64,000 nt of DNA, from contig NC_068984.1 of the NCBI RefSeq assembly GCF_001194135.2, positions 65,868,211 to 65,932,210 of the forward strand, written 5' to 3'. The position numbers and the translations under genes were made by a program. Under the pieces are notes generated by a model, which did not search any database, was not told the DNA's origin, and saw nothing but the letters and a program-made list of their open reading frames with translations. Positions 52,716 to 64,000 of the stretch are shown here, piece by piece. Within the stretch, counting starts at the first letter, position 1. Each line of letters begins with the position of its first letter. This DNA comes from Octopus bimaculoides. Lineage: Eukaryota.

Positions 52716-53808
52716 GTATGGCATTTACCTGTTTGCATTTATGATTGATTTTCAATAAAAGTCCATCACTTTTGTAAAGGAAAATTACATACTTGAAGAC
52801 AAGATTGAAAGTTGTTGCTATTGATATTTAACCCCAATGATCCAGCTCAGTTTATTCATGAATATACTGTCGTTTTTTGTCACATGAGTGAAGTTTATTC
52901 CGTGAATGGGGTAGAATAACTTCCTCAAAAATATAAGCAATATAGGTGTGCCACAAAAAGAATTAGCAGTTTTCAAGAAATACTAGAACCAGACAGGTCT
53001 GTGAGCTTCCAAAAGGACATTATTTCATATACATTTTCTTAATGAATTTATCTGTGGTGTGTGTGTGTGNNNNNNNNNNNNNNNNNNNNNNGGGGGGGGG
53101 GGTTCATCTAGATACATAGTATTTTGTTTTCAGTACTATTGAATGTGCTGATACTTACATTTTTAAATCTTTCTTATGAAGGTTAATTTTCTACTTTATG
53201 AAGCAAGTAATTATCAGAATTAAAACACATGTATAAAGAAAACAAACGAAGGTTGTTGATGTAAGGAAAAAGTATAATCAAGTAATTTGTTTACATAAAG
53301 CTTGATCAGACTTAGGTATAAACCTCCAACAGAGAGAAATATGAAAAGTACTGATGCCAAACTTTTTGTTTTTAAATCTTGAAGATATCCTATAGTTATT
53401 ATACCCAGATTCAATTTTTTTCTTATTTCTTCAAATCATACAACTTTATCGTATGCATCATTGCATGGATGTAACTTCATACAAGTTGCAGAGGAAACAA
53501 GGCTCTGTGATGCAAATTATTTTCATGTTTGCATTACAGACTTCAAAAAAGAAACTAGTTCTAAAGATACTTATCCCTTTACAATATCTAGCCAGCTATG
53601 TTACTGTACTCTCTTCTAATAGCTACATCAAAATAATATATTCTACTACAATTTGATGATATTCCATAGAGAAGTCTTTTTCAAATTCTACATTTTCCAT
53701 TGTCAGACCAGGCTCAACTTGATATAATTCTAAGTAAATGATATGTGACTAGATTGCTGATTGATTTTCTGAAGTCAGAGATTTGTTACTAAGTCATTTA
53801 TTCAATAG

Positions 53809-53921
53809 AAAGAGGCTCAATATTTATGTTTCCTGACATAGCCATTAAAATTTCCAGCTATGATGACAATCTCAATACCATCTATCTTGCAGGTAATTTG
53901 AGTGGTGACCTCATAGAACTG
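53809..53921 (+). CDS. Candidate exon (RGSIFMFPDIAIKISSYDDNLNTIYLAGNLSGDLIEL), possibly beta-propeller-like
   Basis: The frame opens just after an in-frame stop at acceptor ttattcaatag|; strong donor ctg|gtatgt. Alternative acceptors at 53858 and 53893 keep the same frame. Confidence 0.45.
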
Positions 53922-55032
53922 GTATGTTTGCCTATTCATTAATTAATTGTAATTGTGGAGTTTATGTAGAAATCACAGAACTTATCACTATTCTATATTT
54001 CATATTTCTATCACATACTCAACTACTTGTCATTACTTAAAATATCATCAAAGCCTAAAATAATAATAATGGTGGCACTAATACAGAAAGAAAAGATAAC
54101 AACTTTGTCTATTGTTATCTTATGCAAGGACACAGTATTCTGTGTAACATATTAAATGATTACATAATAACACTGTATTCATTAAATTACTTTATATGGT
54201 AAACTTTTCATTGAAGTGTTGGTAAAGGCTGTCTTGTGAGGAAATTTGATAGCTAGATTTTAAAGAAGAATTTAAAAGAATAATTTAAGGTATTCATTAG
54301 ATAATTGATCATTGAACAAAGCATGTATGTATCTAGTTTTGTAATTTCTCTGGACCATAATCTGATTATTAGAGTGAAATAGCTATAATATTTATGATAG
54401 ATACTCCAGACAGCTTCTTTTATCTTTCAATAATCAAGATACGAAAGTATAATGTATGCAATATTTGATGATATCAATATATTGATTAATTGGTCCATCA
54501 CTATCATTTCCTATCTGCATTTATGTTATACATTTTTCTATCATGCAAGTTGTACAGAGATAAGATATAATATTTTTAATTTTCAAACAAACTTAATTTA
54601 CACATGGAGCTAAAACAAATATCACTGAATCTTCATTTTCAATAATTTGACATTAGATATTTAATATATCGTATTATATAATAATAACATTGATTTAGTT
54701 AGACTCTCCTGCCAGCTAAATGTGGTTACTACAACTCAACTTCAAACTAGGAATTTCAACCATGTTTCGTGGTCTGCTACCACAACAGCTCCTTTATAGG
54801 ATCCAGTTAGCTCAAAACATCATCAGGAGGAACNNNNNNNNNNTTATAGGATCCAGTTAGCTCAAAACATCATCAGGAGGAACCACGTCCGGTTTCGGCC
54901 CCTACTCCTCTACCGTTTTGACGTGGTGGGGCCTCCCCTTTCGGAAGTATCTTCAGCTCTGGTGTTGGGTGCATGTCTTCTTTCTTCTATTCCCTGGTCT
55001 CTTTGATGCAGCATCGACGAATGTCAGCGTCC

Positions 55033-55065
55033 GACTGATTGTCATGTCAAATTCCCCTTTTTATA
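55033..55065 (-). promoter_or_regulatory. TATA box plus initiator core promoter
   Basis: Minus-strand TATAAAAA (55065-55058) and TCAGTC Inr with A+1 at 55036; spacing 29 nt. Confidence 0.5.
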
Positions 55066-55182
55066 CCTGCTGCTATGCTCCAGCAGGCTTCCCCAGCAAG
55101 TTGTCACGTGACACTGTCTAAATTTCCCGCTGCTAGGGTCCAGTAGGCAGCCCCAGCAAGTTGTCACATGACACTGTCTAAA
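55063..55182. repeat. 2 x 60-bp tandem repeat carrying E-box palindromes
   Basis: ccccagcaagttgtcac(g/a)tgacactgtctaaa at 55091 and 55151; GTCACGTGAC at 55103-55112, GTCACATGAC at 55163-55172. Confidence 0.92.
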
Positions 55183-55230
55183 CTTTAACTGACAATGGAG
55201 GGCGCGAAGCCACTTCAGTGTCAGCCTGTC

Positions 55231-55491
55231 TCACCTAGGCATGTTATGACTTTCAAGCCATATTTGGTCTTCTCGCTTCAGCCATATATAGAAGCTGGCT
55301 TTTTCGACCGCCTCTTGTATCCTCCTTATCAGTTTTCTCAGTTCCGAACTTGAAAACGCAAATCTTCTCTTGAATAGCGCTGTCATTTTCCTTTCAATGA
55401 AGCCTCTAGCCCCCACTGCCAGATGGTAGTACTCGACAGTCCATCCCTGTTCTCTGAACTCTTTGATTAGTTTCTCGTATCTCTTCTCCTT
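55231..55491 (-). pseudogene. C-terminal 86 aa of an RLE retroelement ORF (KEKRYEKLIKEFREQGWTVEYYHLAVGARGF...EAVEKASFYIWLKREDQIW)
   Basis: Uninterrupted frame resembling the HERO C-terminus recalled as KxxKYxxLxxxxxxxGW...EVGCRGF...EAAEKATRWLWIKRxDPW. The catalytic PD-(D/E)xK core is lost by truncation. Confidence 0.8.
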
Positions 55492-56863
55492 AAGAAATAC
55501 TCCAAAATAAGTATTTTATACATATATATTGTATTTATTTTCTACAGTAGAGAATCTGAGACAAATTTTTCACTAGGCCTAAAACAATCCTAACCAGAAA
55601 TGTATGGAGCTGCATTTGGAGAGTTGTTTAAGAAGATACCAGGGCATGATTGTTCCAATGATTGACCAAAGAAATAAATTTAAATAGTTTCTGAAGATAT
55701 TTCTAGGCCACATTCAAGACATCAATATTAGAAACAAATATACGCATACACAACCTGCATTGAACAACAAATATCAAATAAAAAAAAATTTCAAACACAT
55801 GAATATTAAAATTGACAACATCTGAGGACATTTATTGACAGCTAGAAATCAAGGCTGTAAAGAGTGTTACAATGTATTTGCTAATGCTGTAAGTAGAAAA
55901 ATTGTTAGTAGTGATGCTAATGCTACTATAATAACAGTAATAATAATGATATTTATATTACTCTTACTGTGACTTCCAGTTACCCTACATTTTTAGTAAC
56001 TTCAAATCTAGCCCCTCTCACTGCAGCATTCCAGTGCAGTTGAAGAATTTGATGATATAAGTATTAATAGCTTGCCAAAATACATTTAGCAGACTGAATT
56101 TCTATAAATTGTAAACATAGATTTAAGAGACACCCACTTAAAAACCAAAATAGATTAGTGGATTCTATCATTAATGTACAAACAGATAATAAATCCGAAA
56201 ATTATAATTCTGTTACCTACTTAAATGATTTCCTATATGCTTGCATACTCACAATAATAAACTACGATAGATTAAATAAACAGTTTGTTGTTACAACAGA
56301 CAGAAAGTACTAACATAAAATAGATAACTGGAAGATTTAATTAAAGAATGGAACACATATTCTTTGTAGGACAGCAAGTACAGTAACCCAGAAGGAAGTA
56401 TATAACTCTTTTAGAAAAAAAACACAAAAATACTGTATGATGGATAAATAAACGATAAAGAATGGATAAACATGAGTGTAAACACTCGTTTGAAATAAAA
56501 AGAAATTATCTCCTCTAAATAATAGATTAAAATGTATAGCATTCAAGAAAAAACAACACTTTAAAAACTCTGCTTTTGAAAACAACCCACAAATATTCTG
56601 TAGGACAATATACAGGAACAACATTGAAGTCGATAAGACACTCATTCTAGAAGTATTAGAAACCCATATTTGAAAATGAAATTCAGTGTAACAAAACTGC
56701 AGGCTAGAGGAGAATATAGCAATGATAAAAACATCTCCCCAAAGTATAATATCAAATTTAATTATTTGATGCTTGCTTTAAACAATATAAGAATTGAAAA
56801 AGTTTTGGCATTGACAACATTGAAAACTTGAGGTGTTTGCAAATTGACATGATGCACTACCAG

Positions 56864-56953
56864 ACATTGAACATCTTCAACAATCTCTTGCACAATCTGG
56901 ACCATGTAGTCAGATGATTCCTTACCAATTTGACAACAATGAATATATCCTAG
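56864..56953 (+). CDS. Candidate exon (IEHLQQSLAQSGPCSQMIPYQFDNNEYIL)
   Basis: 90 nt open (phase 1 to 1), donor tag|gtaata, weak acceptor. A competing 24-nt minus-strand exon pattern overlaps it. Confidence 0.25.
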
Positions 56954-58004
56954 GTAATAAAATTATATATATATATATATGGTTTAGAATTGTACGAAAA
57001 CAGAAGATAGAAAGGAATGAGGAAAGAAAACATGGAGATAGGAAAAGAAAATGGAGAGAGAAAAAAACTTGTCTGGATTAACAGTTTCACTATACTCTCT
57101 CTCTCTCTCTCCCTCCCTCACTCACTCACACACATACAATCTCTGACCTGGACATGCAAATCCAGCTTGAATGGGGTAGTAGAGGTAACAACACCCACAA
57201 TATGAAAGTATGCCATAAATACTAAATATATTGAAACAAATATCTACAGCATCTATAATATAAAAGACAAATGTTGCATGTGTGGAGCATTTCCTCAGGC
57301 AGTAAACTACATTAATCAGCACTGGCACTAATAAAATAGACTTGGATACACAATTACATAACAAAGTTTCTCAACATATGCTAACCACCAAATTTCTACT
57401 GCTTCAAGAAATGCTCTCCCATATAATGTGACATTACCGAGAGACTTTAGCATACAAGCACACAACTAGATAGCAGATAATCCTGACAATTCTTCATAAC
57501 AAATACGTATAACAATGGTGCAGATTAATATATGTCATAAAAAAGTGAGCAGAAACTGTAAGAATTTGCACCAGTCTAGCTGATGAACTAGAGGCATTAT
57601 GGCAGTTAATTAATGTTTCTTGTAATTTATTTAGAATTAACACAAATGAAGTTATACACAACCATCTCAGTAAATACAATGAAAATTACCTAAAAAGATA
57701 AACATATCAAGGTTCCATAAATAACCATATTACAATCTGTAAGTTGTTAGGTCACACAGCATTTGGTTAACCTTGGATATTTTGTTAAACATATTTGTTA
57801 ATCCTCATTGACCACAAACATACTTGTTAACAGTGAAAACATCTGTGCATGTTTTTCATTGAATACTCAAATATTTTTTGTAGATGTATCTCTATGTTTT
57901 GGTTAAATGAGTATAATACTAAAAACTCAAAATGTAAGGAAAATTATACTTACGAAGTATACCTAAATCACCATTAAATTAGGTATTCATTTTCTCTCTT
58001 ATAG

Positions 58005-58066
58005 ATTCTCAACTATGAAACTTCAGCCAAAAATACATTCACAAAAACAACCTCACAAAAATACAG
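58005..58066 (+). CDS. Candidate exon (ILNYETSAKNTFTKTTSQKY)
   Basis: Strong acceptor cattttctctcttatag|, donor cag|gtataa; phase 0 start is compatible with 53809-53921. Confidence 0.35.
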
Positions 58067-61000
58067 GTATAATAATATTGAATATGTTACCCTTATATTC
58101 TGAAACTAATTTATAATGAGAGGTTTCCATAAACCTAAATTTGAAGAAGGTTACACGGGTAGAAACGAAATTCTCAACAAACCAAATCTAATATTTGGTT
58201 TTAGTTTGAACGCGACTGATTTCCTAAATGTTATTAATCTCTTTAGAAACATTGTTTCTCCTTCCTTATAAACGTGAAGTTTTATACTTCCGATTTATAA
58301 CGTAATAATGCACGACTTAGCTATTAAAAAAAAATCAACTGAAGGTAAGGAAAACTTCTGGTGTAATATATTTAAGTAAAAATACATCTCTTAGTAAAAT
58401 CCAACATGGTTTGTAAATTTAATGTAGAATTTTACTAAACTATATAACTGAATGTAAGCATATTACAAATTAGATGTCTAACTTGAATAAAATGTAATGG
58501 TCAGAATATATTTTATTAAAAATGTGCTTTTAAATCTTGAGATTTCCATCAGCTTGCTCATTTAATATTTCAGTTACAAGCACAAATACACATACACATT
58601 CCAAGATGTGTCTTACGAAAAGAAACTTCTCAAAAGCAATTGTATGATTTGTTAGGACATTAAAATGATAAAAAAAATAAACAACAGTATCCTTCAAAAA
58701 TGATATAGAACATGAATTTATCCTAAAATATAGAATAGATAAAAGGATTTACACGCTCTAAACTACTGATAAAATATGACAGAAAACAGAAAATTGATAT
58801 ATTATCATAAAGCTGTATTATTGATAAAGAGATGAATATATAAACCTAAAACTATTTCACAAAATTTTTTCTTAAATTTTCAGATTTATACTACATAAAG
58901 GAAAGTAATACGATTAATTTGAACATTACATTCCCTAATATTGTACAAATATTGGAAAAGAAAAACTGTAAAAGTCAATTTTTTAATAAAACATGATTGT
59001 GAATGGTTTGAGAAAATTTAATGAAGACATTATGTTGTTAGCAAATCAGTTATTTTGCTGCAAAAACTCAAATGTTTATATAACATAAAAGAGAGATTTT
59101 CTAGAATATCAGTAGAATGTGTATTAGCAATACTGGAATGATAGAATACAATAGTATATTGTTCCATGGACTAGTAGTTTTAGGGATCCATAAATTATAT
59201 GAAATCCTCAAGTTATGTAACATATGTACCTTCAAGTTCAATGGCAGCAGACAAATCTTCAAGAACACATCTATTTTTTACAATAATAACAGTAATAGAA
59301 ATGCAAGTATAGAGAAAATGAATTGAAAAGAAGCCCTTTGTCTAAATTTCTTAACTGTTTGTATAAACATCTGTACATGTGAGAGAGAGAGAGAGTGAGG
59401 AGGGGGAATAAGATAGAAGTAAAGAGAGAGAGAGAAAAATAGAAAAAGAAAGAATATATATAATGTATTTCTTACATTGAAAATTTTGATCATGTTCATC
59501 AGATACAACACTACCCTGAATTGAATGATAATGTTTTAAGCTCATTAAGAATGTAAATCTATTTCCAGAGAGAAAAGAAATTGAAATGCAAAGAACAATC
59601 TAGGCGATAGTGCTGATTATATGTGAACATAGATTCTTTATTTTGCTATTGCAAGTTTTGTAAACAAATAAATAAGTAAATAATAGAAAATTACTCTTGC
59701 AATTAATTGTATTCTTCAAGCTAAATTTATTGCATTAAAAACTACTTTTATTTCTATTTGATATGCAATGCAGTGTATATAAAACAAAATTCTTTTTGTT
59801 ACTCTTGCATTTTGTAAAGTTTATGTATCTATCTTTAAGACAAGCTAAAATAGTGATTAATTTATACAAGAGAATATATCAGTCTTTCTTTTAGTGAACT
59901 AGATTTCACATTTTGCTTTATATTTTACAGGCAACTTTAATTATTCTATTAATAAGAACTACATGAAATATTGCTGTGATAGTTGAGATGCATAAGACAG
60001 AGCTATGATTTCTAAATATGTAGGTAACATACAGTATGACTTGTTACATTTTGAAACTTAGATTTCTTTTTCATCCAAACTTACATTATCAATTAGATAA
60101 TTGTTTTCTGAGGAGAGGGGCGTTTATTTTATAAGCTAAAATATCTAATAAAAGAATTAACCAAAACAATTTTAACTTAAAATTTTATGTATGAGTTTCA
60201 GAGGACCTCAGCGCCTTTGAAATGTCAAAACCTTATTCAAATATGAACTATCAAATGTAGTTCATAGAATCATAAAAAAGAAGAATGAAACATTTGTCTG
60301 AAAAATCACTCATTTACATGGAACTTTTCAAGAAATATGGCTTTAAAAAATAATTGGTTGAACACATTCATGATAGCTGATTAAAAAATAACAGCCACAA
60401 CAACATAATTTAGTATTTAGGTGTTTATTTATTGTTTCTTCAAAAGCAAGTCACATGATAGGATTTGAAATATAAGATGCAACATTTCAAATCATAATCT
60501 CCACAACATTCAGAGTTCTCACAGAACATAATTACAATTGCTTTACAATTTTATTCTGAAGTTGTTCATTTCTTTTAAAATTTATTCAACAAATAAGGAC
60601 AAGAGATTGTGGTAATTCTTTTAATGAAATGAAGGAATAGAATAGAATGTAAAGTAATGGAGAGAAGAGATTTTCTTTGTTATAATCAAACATGATTTTT
60701 TATATTAAATATGTAAATTACATATTATTACAAATCATACATGTTCCAACAACAGAAATATCTTTTCATATTATTTAATTTCAAAAGACTTAATTAGTAA
60801 AATAAATATTTCTTATATTTGTACTCAAATATCAACATAATAAAATTAAATTGATCATTTTGGTCATTTGTAAAAACTATTTTATTAATCCAACAAAACT
60901 GCAACAAACATAAGGTCACTATATAAATCTGTATGTATGTCAATGTATTTACATTTGCGTGAATATGCATTTATTTGCTAATAAATATGCACATGAGAAT

Positions 61001-61895
61001 GTTTTTATATTCACGATGTTCACACATGTATGTATATATATGTATAAGAATGCATGTTTGTATAATTAAAATCTTATCACTATTCGACATTTGCAAATAT
61101 TATTATACACAAACATCTTTTAATATATATATAAGACACACAACTCAATGTGAAACACATATATACACACATGCACTCACACATTCACACATTAATGCAT
61201 AAGTAAGTTCCTATAATTAGATATAAGTACATTAAAATTTACTCACACACAGACACAGAAAAGCAGAATATTTAATTTCATTGATTCTACAACAAAGAGA
61301 ATTCATTCTTTTATCTTTTATTCTCTATGAGTGCAACAAAGAAATTTTAAATTGTATTTGCAATGAATAAACAAATATGTAAGCAAGCAAGGAAATAAAT
61401 AAAAAGGTAAAATTAATTAGAGTTAAGTGTTTCAACAGACAGCAGCTTTTATCCAAAAGTAGAACAATACAATAACACTGAGGCATTATGTATTATTTGG
61501 AAACTCTGGAAAGACCCGATTCTTTGTAAGTCAAAATCAGGAAAATATACCAACACAATATATGTGAGTAGGTAGATACTTAAAATTACACACAATCACA
61601 AACATATCTCCTATACAGTTCTCAAGCTTTAGCTATACAACAATGTTGGACACAACTACTTCACATATATTCAGGAAGTGTTTTTTTAACATCGTTGGAT
61701 ATTCAAGCCCAAAATGTAGCAAGATATATGCATGAATATAGCACTGAAACAATTTAAAATTCAGCAAGGTCTGAATATTTTCTGCCAAATAACACTATGT
61801 AAGTCATAATCATATCCAGCAGACTAAACCAAATAACAAGCTAGAGCAAATAGCAGAAATTTTAAAATTTTCAGCTTTCATAAAATTTGCCTTGA

Positions 61896-62610
61896 TTCCG
61901 TTGGATGTGTAATGTCAATGTGAATACCCGTCAGAGTGTAAGTATCTTGAGAGAAAAGCTGAACATTAGAAGCATCAGTTGTGGCGTGCAAGAGAGACGA
62001 TTGCGCTGGTATGGACATGTGGTGAGAATGGATGAGGATAGCTGCATGAAAAAGTGCCACACCCTAACAGGTGAGGGAACCCGTGGAAGAGGTAGGCGCA
62101 GGAAGACCTGGGCTGAGGGGTGGTGAGGCAATACCTTTGTACATTGGGCCTCACCGAGGCGATGACTACTGACCGAGACCTTTGGAAATGTGCTGTACGT
62201 GAGAAGACCCGGCAAGCCAAGTAAGATCGTTGCCAGTGCCCCTGGACTGGTTCTTGTGCGGGTGGCACATGAGATGCACCATTTTGAGCGTGGCCGTTGC
62301 CAGTACCGCCTGACTGGCTCCCGTAGGATTTTCGAGCGAGATCGTTGCCAGTGCCTCTGGACTGGCTAGTGCGGGTGGCACATAAAAGACACCATTTCGA
62401 GCGTGGCCGTTTTCGTGCGGGTGACACGTAAAAACACCCACTACACTCTCTGAGTGGTTGGCGTTAGGAAGGGCATCCAGCTGTAGAAACTCTGCCAAAT
62501 CAGACTGGAGCCTGGTGTTGCCATCCGGTTTCACCAGTCCTCAGTCAAATCGTCCAACCCATGCTAGCATGGAAAGCGGACGTTAAATGATGATGATGAT
62601 GATGATGATT
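61896..62610 (+). mobile_element. Young 5'-truncated RTE LINE: ORF C-terminus, repetitive 3' UTR and (GAT)n tail
   Basis: RWMCNVNVNTRQSVSILREKLNIRSISCGVQERRLRWYGHVVRM...GRGRRRKTW, then ...catgctagcatggaaagcggacgttaaat(gat)n. Confidence 0.93.
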
Positions 62611-64000
62611 AAGAATATTTGGTATAGAAAAAAAAAATCCCCAAAAGACTCACATTAACACAAATTTTGATGTTCCAAATACAGGCTCTTAGATTACTTA
62701 TTCAAATAATTCTAGATTAAGGAAATAATAATTAAATTGTTGCAAGTTGAAATATAGCTTCTTTCTGATCCTCATCTTTGACATCTTCAAGAATTAAACA
62801 CTGGTTTATCCATGATCTCAGCAATAAATTTTGTAATACATATTTAATGCATTATCATCATCATAGTTATCTTTTTAACAACTGTTTTATCCAGCTTTGG
62901 CCTTCCTCTTCCTTTGGATCTTTCCACATAAATCTTGCATGTCCTTACCAGAATATTTATTCCTCTTATACCTAATTCTAATGGTTATTATCTTTGTTCT
63001 CAGCAAGTATGGATGAAAAATTTCAGGCCAGTTTTGATCTTATTTAAACCTCCACAACAAAGCAAAAAACCTTAAATGTACCAAAATAGTGATAATGTAA
63101 AACATAAGAATTATGTACTTGTTTCATATATTAAAATAAAATTTTTCAAATAAACCAAAATTGTTTAGAAATTAATAACTCTTACTACTCTGGGTACAAG
63201 TCTGAAATTTAAGGAGGTGGGGGAATTAGTTAATTACATCGACATCTGAGGCAAAAATTATTACACAAACTTCAAATAAAATTATCAACAAAAAGAATGT
63301 GAAATAATAGTCATAATGATATTTATGTCAGGAAGTAAAATTAAAATTAACTCATATAACTAAACACATATGTGTGAAGATCAATAGTCAAGAAGACATA
63401 ATTTCTGAGTCATATGTGAGCTTACATCAAATTATTTCAATTGTTTGGGAATTCAATTTTATGTTAACATTTGTAAACGGTAGATATCACTATGTTATAG
63501 CTGATACTTAATATTGAGAGAAATTACGATTGTCATGGTAATAATCTATCATGCCAGGCATCTGCATAGCTAGTTAATACAAATGTGAGGAAGTGCAAGC
63601 AAGAGCTAAAATATGCACAAGTGACTGCTTATTTTGTGTTCTCCACGCAAAACCCTCCCAATTCTAAAACCTAGTATCACAATATTTTTTCACATTTTCC
63701 ATTGCTAAGATCACACAAATCATAAAAAAAGGTTTAAGTCCAATGCTTTACACAATATTTACACTTCAGTTACTTTATACTTTTAATATAAAAAATAATT
63801 TTATATGCTTTTGTAGGTGGGGGTGATGTTAACCTTATCAGGAACCCTGTTAACTATGAGACTACTTTATTGGTTATTAGGAATGCCATCAAAGTTTCAT
63901 TCATAATTTTTTGTAATGATGATGATATGTGAAGTCAAGGAAAGAGATCTAATAGTAATTTAATATCTATTCAGCTTCCTATCTTTATACTTCAGAGCAT

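Larger units (their letters stand above)
54750..55495 (-). mobile_element. 5'-truncated HERO-type RLE non-LTR retrotransposon 3' end with structured downstream region
   Basis: GC-rich, CpG-retaining block containing the ORF end at 55231-55491, tandem repeats and a core promoter. The downstream (low-coordinate) boundary is uncertain. Confidence 0.75.

Noticed and set aside
53092-53102. Poly-G next to a gap
   Set aside because: Probably a sequencing or assembly artefact at a contig edge.
1-64000. CRISPR arrays, operons, rRNA
   Set aside because: No regularly spaced repeat-spacer array and no rRNA signature; the DNA is eukaryotic and intron/intergenic-like.

Overview
AT-rich (about 30% GC by eye), microsatellite-dense eukaryotic DNA with seven N-gaps, most flanked by simple repeats. 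The repeat content (three tRNA-type SINE families, RTE LINEs with (GAT)n tails, HERO-type RLE LINE relics) suggests a coleoid cephalopod, probably Octopus; this is an inference. There is no long intact gene, rRNA, tRNA gene or CRISPR array. Most ORF-track entries are artefacts of N-runs, microsatellites or repeat antisense strands. Supported content: several RTE relics, one CR1/L2-type relic, two HERO-type relics, Tc1/mariner and Mutator-like deletion derivatives, many SINEs, and two large inverted-repeat structures. Short + strand exon candidates with good splice sites suggest the window is mostly intron of an unidentified multi-exon gene (low to moderate confidence). The most unusual feature is at 54.75-55.5 kb: the intact 3' end of a HERO-type RLE retroelement ORF, followed by an LTR-like module with 60-bp E-box tandem repeats, a TATA box and Inr 29 nt apart, and hammerhead-core-like words. 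TE boundaries and identities are manual estimates.
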